Program-made: the position numbers and the translations under genes
Part shown: positions 1 to 9,946 of the stretch, in pieces
Layout: every line of letters begins with the position of its first letter
Position numbering within the stretch: position 1 is the first letter of the stretch
Assembly (NCBI GenBank): GCA_037310415.1
Contig: CP147780.1
Coordinates: 1,280,001-1,344,000, forward strand
Direction: 5' to 3'
DNA length: 64,000 nucleotides
Source of the DNA: Candidatus Atabeyarchaeum deiterrae
GTDB taxonomy: Archaea > Asgardarchaeota > Atabeyarchaeia > Atabeyarchaeales > Atabeyarchaeaceae
The notes under the pieces: generated by a model
What the model was told of the DNA's origin: nothing
What the model saw: the letters and a program-made list of their open reading frames with translations, nothing else
Database searches by the model: none

Positions 1-100
1 AAAAGATAACTGGGCACTCGGCTCATGAACCAACTGTTTCGGCACCATGACTTTGCAGGGCACTTGGGTCAATCGATGACTGTCATCCGAGGAGAGCATG

Positions 101-838
101 CTACAAGATCCCTGAGGCCGATAATCTCGGTATCTTGTCCCCAAGTATCTTCCTGGATTCCCTAATTATCGCATTACAGTACAACCATAGGAAGTTCTCA
201 AAATGGGTGAACTTTTGCAGCATACCCTTGTCGAATATTACTTCTCCATTTTGGCCTCTTCGTAGATATGTGATCTTGAATCCTGGAACTGGTTCTTTCT
301 CAATCGCCCATGATGATCCTTCGAAAGTTTTGCTCTTGCCGCCGATCGCATCAGCTACTGTCTTAGCGGTGGCGGGATCAATGTATTTGAGGACTCTCAG
401 CCTCTCTTCGATTGGCGCTTCTGCCATCTCCAACTTCTCAGATGAGAACTCTTGTTCATTGAGAACTCTTTTGCCTTCTTTAGCCAGCAGAGCCGCGAAC
501 ACCCATGAGTAGACAATTATGTCCTCCGTTGGTACCTTCCCTAAAGCAGACCTCGAGTAATAGGTGTAGAAATCGTTTCCAAACTCGGGGTCCAATGAGA
601 GAACCATCAGTACCTCAAGGTATGGGAGAGGGTGAACCTTGACTGACCATGCAACACTCTCGTACAGTTTCCGGTCTACGATTTCTCCGCCCATTGCGCG
701 TACGGCTTCCTTGAGCTTCTCCCCAGAGAGTTGCTCAAAGACTTTAATGAACCTTAGACCATCGCTGTGTACTCTTGCGTCCCATCCGGTTCCGCCGTCA
801 AACTCTTTCAGGCTTACAAATTCACCAGTGTCACTCAA
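101..838 (-). CDS. DUF3786-like protein with two internal repeats
   Basis: 245 aa. The segment 'GEFVSLKEFDGG...AMGG...VHPLPYLEVLMVL..DPEFG...PTEDI' matches the DUF3786 pattern. A second degenerate copy follows ('AIGG...EPVPGFKITY...IFD'). Last gene of the ilvD-GH38 run. Confidence 0.55.
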   Translation of the reverse strand: MSDTGEFVSLKEFDGGTGWDARVHSDGLRFIKVFEQLSGEKLKEAVRAMGGEIVDRKLYESVAWSVKVHPLPYLEVLMVLSLDPEFGNDFYTYYSRSALGKVPTEDIIVYSWVFAALLAKEGKRVLNEQEFSSEKLEMAEAPIEERLRVLKYIDPATAKTVADAIGGKSKTFEGSSWAIEKEPVPGFKITYLRRGQNGEVIFDKGMLQKFTHFENFLWLYCNAIIRESRKILGDKIPRLSASGIL

Positions 839-881
839 GGGTCTTTGTCCCTCAAAACGGAATGCGGATAACGAGTTGTGC

Positions 882-3470
882 CTAGAGCTCTCTGAATATT
901 ACTCTTATGGTCTTGATCTCGCTCGGAGAAATGGCAAGGTCTACACGGTGTTCATGAGTGGTTAGTTTCTTCACGTTCTCCTCTAGAAGATTGGTCTCCC
1001 AACACTCTTTGACATCTCTGTGGAACTCTATTGTGAAGTTCTTCTCTAACCCCTCTGCCTCATACAATCTAACTATGAATCCTTCCTTGTTTTCTGCCTT
1101 TTTTAGTGCAGTGACGATTATGTTTGAGACGTCGACTCTCATGAAGCTCATTTCTCTCGGAAGAAATGCAGAGTGTTGTGGAGTCATTACTGAGATCAAT
1201 GGAAATGCTATGCTCAACCCTTGTCGATATGCTTGAGACGCGCGCCACCCGCCCCGATGAGGTATGATTGAGAATGTCAGAGTATGAGTTCCTTTCTGAC
1301 GATATCTTTCTCCACTGAAGAAGCTTCTTTCATTATCCATTGACCAGAGGATGATTGCTGCCGGTGCCATCGTGAAGTCAAAACAAGGCCAATTGGTTAG
1401 AAGAGTGGCTCCGCCGCCACTGTCTGCAATGTCAACCCAGTGCTGAACTCCTCTGACTTTGAACTGCACCGGGTCAGTCGGTTTCACCCAAAAGCCAGGC
1501 ACGATATCGCTGAAGTTGACCGCAGCGTAGGGGACATTAACAACCATGCTGGTCGGAGGCTCAAGATTAAGAGGTAACATCAACATGACGGCAACAAAGT
1601 TCTTCCCTGACCACTCAAGGGTTGTTCGCAAATCAACTCGGTTCAACCTCTCGTAGATCGTGATCTCCTGCCGCTTGACTGAATCTATGAACTTTCCTTC
1701 AACCAGTATCGTTGCCTTGACAGGTCCGTTTTCGACTATGGTGACACTGCATGGGTACTTGTCTGCCCTGAAGAGGTCCCCTGTCGGGTCAACCGTTATC
1801 AAATCGTTAGTTCTATCTAGCACTGTGGGAACTGGTTTTATGGTCAGCTTCAACCCCATGCCGAAGAGTTCATTGAGCAAGAAGTTGAATCTCATCGGAC
1901 CAAGCGCACATTGCCTTTCTCCACCAATTTCGGTTCCTCTCTCCTTATCAAAGAAACGCGATATCCCTCTGCCACTGCGATCAACTTCAAGCTTAACCCA
2001 CCTATTCTCGAGCGTACTATCTTCCGCCCTCAGCAGGGTCTCCACGTTCTGGGAAGAAGCATTGAAGTTTACAAAGAAGGTCTTGTAGCCTGTTGGCGGA
2101 ACGTCTTCAGCGACAAACGACACACGAAGCTTCTTCTGATCCTCTACTTCACCGATTATCATGGTTTGAGATGGAACATACCCCCCATCATGTGAGCTAA
2201 TCTGGATCTTGGTGGGGTCAACTTGGTTGTCGACTTCGAATTCGATTACGTCGGTTCTTGACCAAGGAAGCTGATTGAAGACTACTAGAGGAATCTCCTC
2301 ACTGTTAGGGGATGTTGCATCGATCTTGGAGGCTATGTTCTCAAGGGCTCTATCCAATTGCTTCTTACAGAGGGTCTTCGCTCTTTTGAGGTACCTCAGT
2401 TTCTCTTCATCACTGAATTCTCCATGTCTTGTCGGATCTTTTCCACCCCAATTATGATCAGCGGTAAGCAGAATAAGTCTCCATGCTTCTTCCATGTCTG
2501 CGGAATTGTACTCGCCTCCGAGGAGACTACTGATGGACATGAACTCTTCAGTTGAAAAGGTCATGTTCTGAATCGATCTGAGTCTCCTAATCGTCTCAGC
2601 TTCTACTGTGGATACGCCAACCCACTGGTTGGGCATGTCTCCGCTTAACACCGGAACCTTTTCATGTTTTTCGACCGAGGATAGGAACTCTTGAGCAGTT
2701 CCAAGCTTGAGTCCAGGCTTCCCGACTTTCTCGTTCCAGACTCTGACTATCTCGAGCAATTCTGGATTTGGAGAGGTCAAGTCGTCTCCGTCTGGGATCA
2801 TCAATTCACTGATTCTATAATTCTTACTTGCTCTCTCCAACTCAGTAGGTAATCTTGTCAACGTCTCTTCGGGTGAGTATCCGAGGAGAGAGTGATGAGA
2901 CCATGAGTACTCCGCAACATAAGTCAAAACTGATGATCCGTCGGGAGCAACCCAATAGAATATTGATGGAGGACCACGTGAGATCTTGAAGTACCTTACA
3001 CCTGTCTTCTTTAGTATCTGCGGCATCTGCAGAGTGTGACCAGGCACGTCTTCTTCATAGACAAGCTTGGTATCATAGTCGAAAGAATGCTTCAGCCAGC
3101 CTTTCCCATAATAGAGATTCCTAGCAATGCATTCGTCATAGCAATAGTCCACAGTTGGATGAATGTATTCTCCTCCAACCTCCAGCCTTCCTGCCTTGAT
3201 GAGATCAGCAACATCAACTACCCGCTCGGAGTGCCTTCCAATGAACTCATGAAGCGGGTAAACATTTTCCAAGGAAAAGCGGAACTCGGGGTTTTGCTTG
3301 CAGACATCAAGGACTTCGCCAATTATGTCCAGATTCCTTTCAAGACATTCCTGAGGAGTTCCGGCCCAGGTGTTATCCATATGCGAATGATTGACGAAGT
3401 AGACAAGGTTAAACCTGTTTTCCGATTCACCACCCTTCTTTCGCTGGCTAAGGTCAAGATCATCATCCAT
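882..3470 (-). CDS. Glycoside hydrolase family 38 (alpha-mannosidase-like)
   Basis: N-terminal HSHMD Zn-binding motif; 'EDVPGH..QMPQILKK.G' nucleophile region; 'FYWVAPDGS'; 'VFNQLPWSR'; C-terminal 'ALKKAE...IVRLYE...ETNLLE...PSEIKT'. ATG at 3470 has a GGGGAG RBS (ORF track starts at 3551). Confidence 0.9.
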   Translation of the reverse strand: MDDDLDLSQRKKGGESENRFNLVYFVNHSHMDNTWAGTPQECLERNLDIIGEVLDVCKQNPEFRFSLENVYPLHEFIGRHSERVVDVADLIKAGRLEVGGEYIHPTVDYCYDECIARNLYYGKGWLKHSFDYDTKLVYEEDVPGHTLQMPQILKKTGVRYFKISRGPPSIFYWVAPDGSSVLTYVAEYSWSHHSLLGYSPEETLTRLPTELERASKNYRISELMIPDGDDLTSPNPELLEIVRVWNEKVGKPGLKLGTAQEFLSSVEKHEKVPVLSGDMPNQWVGVSTVEAETIRRLRSIQNMTFSTEEFMSISSLLGGEYNSADMEEAWRLILLTADHNWGGKDPTRHGEFSDEEKLRYLKRAKTLCKKQLDRALENIASKIDATSPNSEEIPLVVFNQLPWSRTDVIEFEVDNQVDPTKIQISSHDGGYVPSQTMIIGEVEDQKKLRVSFVAEDVPPTGYKTFFVNFNASSQNVETLLRAEDSTLENRWVKLEVDRSGRGISRFFDKERGTEIGGERQCALGPMRFNFLLNELFGMGLKLTIKPVPTVLDRTNDLITVDPTGDLFRADKYPCSVTIVENGPVKATILVEGKFIDSVKRQEITIYERLNRVDLRTTLEWSGKNFVAVMLMLPLNLEPPTSMVVNVPYAAVNFSDIVPGFWVKPTDPVQFKVRGVQHWVDIADSGGGATLLTNWPCFDFTMAPAAIILWSMDNERSFFSGERYRQKGTHTLTFSIIPHRGGWRASQAYRQGLSIAFPLISVMTPQHSAFLPREMSFMRVDVSNIIVTALKKAENKEGFIVRLYEAEGLEKNFTIEFHRDVKECWETNLLEENVKKLTTHEHRVDLAISPSEIKTIRVIFREL

Positions 3471-3602
3471 AGCTAGTAGCTCCCCATTACCTCTACATTG
3501 GTACCTAAAATATAACACTATCCTCGGGGGCATGTTCTGTGTTCCAGTCAAATTCTGTCAGTTCTCTTGAGCGATGCACTATAGTTTGAGAAGTTGCCTT
3601 TT

Positions 3603-5252
3603 CTATTCCAAATAAGCTCCTGTTGATGCTGAAGAGACTTGTTTGGCATATCGTACCATATAACCTTTCGAGATGTTCTCTTTTCGTGGTTTCCACTTCC
3701 GAAGTCTTGTCTTCAGTTCTGCACCAGAGATCCCCAGATCGAGTTTTCTGTTCGGTATGTCTATTGTTATTGGATCTCCGTCCTGTGCTGCAGCGATTGG
3801 TCCACCAATTGCAGCCTCTGGGCAGACATGTCCTATGGCAAGTCCTCCTGACGCACCTGAGAATCTTCCATCTGTCACAAGTGCCACTGACTTGTCACGC
3901 CCATACATTTGGAGTGACGTTGTTATTGATAGCATCTCCCTCATCCCTGGTCCTCCCCTTGGCCCCTCATAGTTTATGACTATTACATCGCCTGAAGCAA
4001 CGACCTTTTCGAGAATTGCTTCGATCGCATCCTCCTCGCTGTGGAAGCATCTTGCCTTTCCTGTAAAGACGTACATGTTTTCTGGGACGGCTGATTGCTT
4101 CACTACGGCTCCTTCTGGCGCAAGGTTTCCTCTGAGTATCGCTATACCACCTTCTTGGTGGAATGGTATATCAAGTGGTCTTATGACTTTGTCATCTGTG
4201 ACACGTCCGTTCCTAATGACTTCTCCAAGTAGCTTTCCAGATACCGTCAGGCAATCCTTGTGGAGCATGGTTTCGATCCGTTTGAGAACTCCCATCATGC
4301 CGCCGGCCTTGTAAAGGTCGAGGATCGTGTTAGACCCGCTTGGGTAAACTGCGCATAGGCATGGCACTTTTCTTGAGATCTCATCGAAGAGCCCCATGTC
4401 TAGTTTTATCCCAAGTTCATGCGCGATTGCAGGTAAGTGAATAACATAGTTAGTAGATCCACCTATGGCCATGAGCGCCATGATGGCATTCTCAAAAGCA
4501 TTGTAAGTCATTATCTTTGAGGGAATCAGGTTTCCTTCAATCATCGCCACTATCGTCTTGCCCGATTCTTTCGATAGACTGAGTCTCGAAGTGTGCACAG
4601 CTGGTATGGTTCCTGAACCTGGCAGAGCCATACCCAGCGCTTCCATCAAGCACTGACCAGTTGTAGCTGTTCCAGCTATTTCACAGGCTCCGCAAGTGGC
4701 GCAGGTTACGGTCTCAATGATCTGTTTTGGACTCATCTTCATTGGGTCAGTGACTCTTTCGGGGGAAAACTCGATTGCCATAAAGGCTGGTCCGCCAGTA
4801 ACGACGATAGTGGGCAAGTCGAGTCTAGCTGCAGCCATCAATGTACCTGGATTGATTTTGTCGCAACTCGTTATCATGACTAATCCGTCAAAGTAGTGTG
4901 CTCTGCTCATCAATTCAATACTGTCCGCTATGATATCTCTGAGGGGCAGTATGTATCGCATTCCGTCAAGTCCATTGGGTATCCCGTCACAGGGTCCAGG
5001 GACACCAAATTCGAATGGTACACCCCCTGCTTCCCATATTCCCATCTTGACCCATTCAGCAATTTGCCTAAGGTGAGTGTGTCCTGGATTAAACTCGAAG
5101 AATGAGTTTGCCACTCCTATGAATGGCTTGCTGCGAATGTCTTCATCAGATAATCCTAAGCCTCTCATTAGTCCCATCCGTATCATTGAAGTTGGGACTT
5201 TCTCCATCTTGCCCAGCAATGCTTCGCTTACTGGTTTCTTCAAACTTGTCAC
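3603..5252 (-). CDS. ilvD: IlvD/Edd family dihydroxy-acid or sugar-acid dehydratase
   Basis: Motifs KPFIGVANS, PGHTHL, CDG, CDKINPG, GGSTN..IHL, GNLAPEGAVVK, YEGPRGGPGMREM, TDGRFSG, GHVCPEA. Confidence 0.93.
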   Translation of the reverse strand: MTSLKKPVSEALLGKMEKVPTSMIRMGLMRGLGLSDEDIRSKPFIGVANSFFEFNPGHTHLRQIAEWVKMGIWEAGGVPFEFGVPGPCDGIPNGLDGMRYILPLRDIIADSIELMSRAHYFDGLVMITSCDKINPGTLMAAARLDLPTIVVTGGPAFMAIEFSPERVTDPMKMSPKQIIETVTCATCGACEIAGTATTGQCLMEALGMALPGSGTIPAVHTSRLSLSKESGKTIVAMIEGNLIPSKIMTYNAFENAIMALMAIGGSTNYVIHLPAIAHELGIKLDMGLFDEISRKVPCLCAVYPSGSNTILDLYKAGGMMGVLKRIETMLHKDCLTVSGKLLGEVIRNGRVTDDKVIRPLDIPFHQEGGIAILRGNLAPEGAVVKQSAVPENMYVFTGKARCFHSEEDAIEAILEKVVASGDVIVINYEGPRGGPGMREMLSITTSLQMYGRDKSVALVTDGRFSGASGGLAIGHVCPEAAIGGPIAAAQDGDPITIDIPNRKLDLGISGAELKTRLRKWKPRKENISKGYMVRYAKQVSSASTGAYLE

Positions 5253-5465
5253 CAGCCATAGGTTCGTAACATGTTTCTAAAAAGCCTTTTAGTGAGGCAT
5301 CATGTCCTCCTTCGAGGATTAGATACATTTATGAATGGCTCCACCAAAAGCTAGTGACGAGGCTTCCTTATAGATTAGCACGGTAGGGTGGCAGATTCTC
5401 CATTCTTAGTTGTATCACTGTGAGCGTGTCGGGCTACTTGTCTGTAGGTTTAGGAGTGGGACTTC

Positions 5466-8324
5466 ATGGGTGTTGAAGTATACTACAAGATCAAATACGA
5501 CCCGAAGTTCTGCCCCAGAAAAAAGGATTCCGTTACAGTAGTACGCAGTGATAGGGATCGGTTCATTCTAACGAATGGAGTTGCTGAGGAAAGCTATGTC
5601 GTAGACTCAAGTGCTGCGCTCATTTGGAAACTGATGGACGGACGCCACTCGATAGACTACATTAAGAGGCGACTCGCAGACAGACACACCCCTGAAGATG
5701 TTGAAGGCTTCATAGCATTTACAGCACAAGAAAACCTCATTGATGATGCCGAGGTGGAGGGAAACAAGAGTGAGGGGAGAAATACTGATAAGAAAGGTCT
5801 ACTTAGGCCCGAAGTTGTCTCGCCACTAGTAATAAACATGCCCATTCTAAATGCATCGAAATCTTCTGCTGCGTTTCGGAAGCTCCATAGGGTGACAAGG
5901 ATATTCTTCAACAGATGGTTTCTTCTTTTTGTGATAATCCTGATAGGATTCACGACTTTCCTCATGAGAGACGTGTTCATCAGTACTCTTGCTTCAAGAC
6001 AAAGCTTCGCTATGGAAGGCTCAACTATCCTTGGCTTTCTCATTTTCTCCATAGTCCTGATATTCCCTATTCTGGTGGTTCATGAGTTGGCTCACGGAGC
6101 GGCTTTGACTCACTTCGGTGGCAACCCAGGGGCGTTGGGAACTGGTCTCTATTATTTCTCTCCCATGTTCTACGTCGATACGAGTGAGTCATGGCGTTTA
6201 ACGCGCGGGAAGAGAGTGATCGTCTCAATGGCTGGACCCATGTCAACCCTGTTTATTGGATCTGTGGCTGGACTCCTTGCACATTTCAATGTTGTGCCAG
6301 GTGCTACTTACCTGTTTCAGATGACCTTCTTCTTCTCCTACTACATAGTCCTTCTGAACTTGGCTCCTATGTTTGAGACAGACGGTTATTTCGCCCTAAT
6401 GGATTCTCTGAACATTCCGAACCTCCGGTCAGAAGCTTTTGGATACATTAAAACGCTTGTGTCCAGGGGACCGCGACAAGCCAATCTGAAGTATGACGAA
6501 TACTCCAGTAAACAAAGATTAGCAATGGTTATGTACGGCGCAGTCTCAATAATCTGGTCTGTCTTCATTATCTACCTGTCATACCTATTCTTCGCATACA
6601 TTGTTGAGGACGCTCTAACTCAACTGACTAACTTGATCGGCAGCATGGTGTCCATGACTGGCTTGTCGAGCCATAATATTGAGAGCGTCCTTATCAGCGT
6701 TGGCATTGCAGTCGTCAGCTTGGGGCTTCTCACATTCATTTCGCTGAGAATCTACGCCATGACGTACTTGCCACTGAAGACTGTTGCTTCAAGAATGCAG
6801 AGAATCGGCAGTAAGGCTCTACCAATAGACGGAACATACCTCTCCACTTTCTTTCTTGCTCCAGTCATATTTCCGCCACTAAGAGAGAAACTGCTCAAGA
6901 AGCTAAGATGGATTGCTGGGAAGATGTCTCCAGACTCAAACATAACAGAGGAAGGAGAACTCGTCCATATGAGATTGACCCTGTGGAAGAACACTGAGAG
7001 AACCTTCCCCCAGCTCAGGAGCGATGTGATGCGCTACGAAAACGTCTTGAGAAAACACTACAGCTTGTACATCAAGAAGTTGTTGAAAGGCATGCGAAAA
7101 GATAGAGTCACCAATGAACTGTACATCATGGATGAGAAGAATTCTGCCAAGGCTGCTTGTGTCCTCAAACGTAGCGACTTCACAAAGGCTTTCAAGGAGA
7201 GGATCGACAAAGTGTACTCGGATATAGGTCAACTTCTGGAGTCCTTCGCATGTTTTGTGTGGGCAGTAGATCTTCGTCCGGAAGTGTTTGCAAAGCTCAA
7301 TCCTAAGGATTTCGAGTATTCCTTCCTTGAAGATATTTCAACATCAACGAGCATCTATGATGTGGGAAACTATAGGCGAGAGCGAGTGGTAGGAAGCAAG
7401 AACATAGAGTACATGCTCAAACGGATGGGCGAATACTTCAGTCTTCTCAAGGAAGATCCCAGAATAATGCAGACGACCCATGCTTCAGTGCTTTTTGAAC
7501 CTGTAAAGAACCGGTTGATGATTTTCGGTAGAGCTAGGCGGGTCGGTTCGCTGAAAAAGATGGTTGAGCATGTCATTCTGACTCCAATCAGGTCCACTCT
7601 TGAGACCACGTACTTACAGGGTCTGTCAACGAGTCTTCTAGGACTCTCACAGTTTGTTGAGCGGTCTCCCACATTCTCGATAGAGAACATAAAGAATACT
7701 GAGTGCAAGGACCTGAAATTCCTGAATCGTATTCTCGATGACTTCATTGACAGTCTTGGAATCGTCGAGGAGAATGTACTGACTATGCAGCGTCTCACAG
7801 AGACAGTCTCCTTGAAGATGAGAGAGGCAGGGAGAGCGGTCAAGACTCTTGACTATGACGTTGCTTTACTCGGCGTCGTGGTCGGGGTAACAGCTCGCGA
7901 ACTAGAGCAAGTTGACAGCAATAGAACATTCTATGCGATGCTAGCGCGGCAAAATAGAAGGCTGCTAGGGGAATTGGAGGGTCTCAAGAAAACTGTTGCT
8001 GAAACCATCCGCAAGAAAGAAAAGGGCTTCTACGGAGACATCAGAAGGCTATGGCTGACCACGGTAATCGCACTATTCGCCTCGGCAATCATCGCGTTCT
8101 ACTTGAGTTCGCTTCTCAAGGAACTCGGTGCATGGAACCTAGTTCTCTTGATCCCCATTTTCACTATATTGTCTGGCGGAGTCCTTTCTTTGGTCAGAGC
8201 ACTCAGAATAAATAGCAAAGCTCATTCACCAATAATCGACTCGGTGCTTCTGCTGTCCAATCACTACTATTCACTGGCAACCAGCATTCCTTCGGCGAGC
8301 AAGTTTCTCAATCAGATAACATAA
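5466..8324 (+). CDS. PqqD/RRE domain + M50 (site-2) zinc metalloprotease + large C-terminal domain; multi-pass membrane protein
   Basis: The first ~95 aa show the PqqD pattern ('SYVVDSSAALIWKLMDGRHSI..I...L......DVEGFI....QENLI'). M50 motifs: HELAH, 'FYVDTS..W.L.R..RV.VSMAGP', 'NLAPMFETDGY..L.D.L.IPNLR'. Many hydrophobic helices. Confidence 0.85.
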   Translation: MGVEVYYKIKYDPKFCPRKKDSVTVVRSDRDRFILTNGVAEESYVVDSSAALIWKLMDGRHSIDYIKRRLADRHTPEDVEGFIAFTAQENLIDDAEVEGNKSEGRNTDKKGLLRPEVVSPLVINMPILNASKSSAAFRKLHRVTRIFFNRWFLLFVIILIGFTTFLMRDVFISTLASRQSFAMEGSTILGFLIFSIVLIFPILVVHELAHGAALTHFGGNPGALGTGLYYFSPMFYVDTSESWRLTRGKRVIVSMAGPMSTLFIGSVAGLLAHFNVVPGATYLFQMTFFFSYYIVLLNLAPMFETDGYFALMDSLNIPNLRSEAFGYIKTLVSRGPRQANLKYDEYSSKQRLAMVMYGAVSIIWSVFIIYLSYLFFAYIVEDALTQLTNLIGSMVSMTGLSSHNIESVLISVGIAVVSLGLLTFISLRIYAMTYLPLKTVASRMQRIGSKALPIDGTYLSTFFLAPVIFPPLREKLLKKLRWIAGKMSPDSNITEEGELVHMRLTLWKNTERTFPQLRSDVMRYENVLRKHYSLYIKKLLKGMRKDRVTNELYIMDEKNSAKAACVLKRSDFTKAFKERIDKVYSDIGQLLESFACFVWAVDLRPEVFAKLNPKDFEYSFLEDISTSTSIYDVGNYRRERVVGSKNIEYMLKRMGEYFSLLKEDPRIMQTTHASVLFEPVKNRLMIFGRARRVGSLKKMVEHVILTPIRSTLETTYLQGLSTSLLGLSQFVERSPTFSIENIKNTECKDLKFLNRILDDFIDSLGIVEENVLTMQRLTETVSLKMREAGRAVKTLDYDVALLGVVVGVTARELEQVDSNRTFYAMLARQNRRLLGELEGLKKTVAETIRKKEKGFYGDIRRLWLTTVIALFASAIIAFYLSSLLKELGAWNLVLLIPIFTILSGGVLSLVRALRINSKAHSPIIDSVLLLSNHYYSLATSIPSASKFLNQIT

Positions 8325-8360
8325 GAGAGAACAATACTTCTACTAGTCCGTTGCCGATTC

Positions 8361-8376
8361 AAAAAAGGAGAAGGGA
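8361..8376 (-). terminator. Candidate archaeal oligo-T terminator after the FGGY kinase gene
   Basis: The minus strand reads CCCTTCTCCTTTTTT about 30 nt after the stop, in a gap between convergent genes. Confidence 0.35.
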
Positions 8377-8404
8377 CTGAGCCATCTGTCAAGAGTCTCT
8401 TCGC

Positions 8405-9937
8405 TTACTTGTTTAGGATATTGTGGATGGGCGTTAGTCCCTTATAGACCTTCTTTAATGCATCATACATCCTGTTGTATGTGTTTACGTTCTCCTCGAT
8501 CGGGTTGTATGTTTCTCTGACCTTGAATATCTTTTCCAGTGAATCGAAATCTTTGTAGACGCCAAGTGCAACCGATGCCACCATCGCTGCCCCAACCGAT
8601 CCTACATCTTGGAGAACGTGAATCTGCTTGATTGGTTTGTTAAGTACGTCCGAGAATATCTGCATCCAGAGACTACTCTTTGCTCCTCCTCCAACACCGT
8701 TCAAAGCAACAATCTTCTGATTTAGGTTAACCTCAAACATGTCCTGAACCCATCTCGTGTTGTAGGCTACGCCTTCCATCACTGACCTGATCATGTCCCT
8801 CTTACTGTGATTCAGGGCCAGATTCACGAATCCACCTCTTGCTTTCGAATCGATGAATGGGCATCTCTCACCTAGCATCCATGGGGTGAATAACAGACAT
8901 TTCGATCCAGGCGGAGATTTTGTAGCCTCCTCGTCAAGAATCTGGTAGACGCCTTTGCCTGATTGCTCGGCTGTTCTTTTTTCTGATTCACAGAGTTCGT
9001 CCTTGAACCACTTCAAGCAACTACCTGCGTTCTCCATTTGACCGAGAAGCAATAGTTTGTTAGGATCTCCAGAACATATCGTTCCAACACCGCTGAGATC
9101 GAACAGTGGTTTATCCGTGTGGAGAGCTATCCAACCCGATGATCCCATGTAAAGGTGTGGATTACCATTCTTTATTGCTCCGGAGCCTATGCCGACGGCT
9201 GGAACATCTCCACAGCCACAGACAACCTGCACATTCTCCGTTAGTCCCAACTCATGGGCAGCTTCTTTAGTCAGGTTCCCAACCATATCAATCGTCTTCA
9301 CGACTTTGGATAGCTTTTCCTCTGTGAGCCCGATCTTCTCTACGATTTCCTTCTCAAACGTGTTTGTTTTCATATTGAACATTCCGTCAACAGAGGCACA
9401 ACTCCAATCCACGAAGAAATCTCCAACACACTTATAGATCATATAGTCCTTAACATCAACGAACTTTGCGGTCTTAGCGAATATCTCGGGTTCTTTTTCT
9501 TTGATCCACATTATCTTTGGTATTTGATCTTTGGCGGACATTGGTGGGATTACTGGTCTCCTGAGCAATTCCATTGGATCGAACAGCGTCATGAACTTGT
9601 CAGATTGCTTGGATGCTCTTGTATCAAGCCAAAGGAGGATCGGTCTCAGAGCCTTGCCGTTCTTGTCTACTGGAACTATCGAAGCCATCATGGCATCAAA
9701 GACCAATGCACCGATCTCAGAAGGCTTGATCTTAGTTTTCGCCAAGACTTCCCTAGTAGTCTTGACTATGGCCTCCCAGTAGACTTCAGGATCCTGCTCC
9801 GCCCAGCCAGGGTTCGGATAGCTGACATTATACTCAGCGGATGCAGTTCCAGCTATCTTGGCATCCGTGCCAACTATGGCTGCCTTGTTCATTTCTGTTC
9901 CGATGTCATGTGCCAAAATATACTTGAGTTCCGTCAT
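8405..9937 (-). CDS. FGGY-family carbohydrate kinase (xylulokinase-like)
   Basis: Motifs 'HDIGT...KA', 'PGWAEQDP', 'LWLDTRA', 'PKIMWIKE.EPE', 'GSCLKW', 'PWMLGERCP', 'VMEGVA', 'GGGAKS.LWMQI.SDV'. Confidence 0.92.
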   Translation of the reverse strand: MTELKYILAHDIGTEMNKAAIVGTDAKIAGTASAEYNVSYPNPGWAEQDPEVYWEAIVKTTREVLAKTKIKPSEIGALVFDAMMASIVPVDKNGKALRPILLWLDTRASKQSDKFMTLFDPMELLRRPVIPPMSAKDQIPKIMWIKEKEPEIFAKTAKFVDVKDYMIYKCVGDFFVDWSCASVDGMFNMKTNTFEKEIVEKIGLTEEKLSKVVKTIDMVGNLTKEAAHELGLTENVQVVCGCGDVPAVGIGSGAIKNGNPHLYMGSSGWIALHTDKPLFDLSGVGTICSGDPNKLLLLGQMENAGSCLKWFKDELCESEKRTAEQSGKGVYQILDEEATKSPPGSKCLLFTPWMLGERCPFIDSKARGGFVNLALNHSKRDMIRSVMEGVAYNTRWVQDMFEVNLNQKIVALNGVGGGAKSSLWMQIFSDVLNKPIKQIHVLQDVGSVGAAMVASVALGVYKDFDSLEKIFKVRETYNPIEENVNTYNRMYDALKKVYKGLTPIHNILNK

Positions 9938-9946
9938 CCTTCAATT

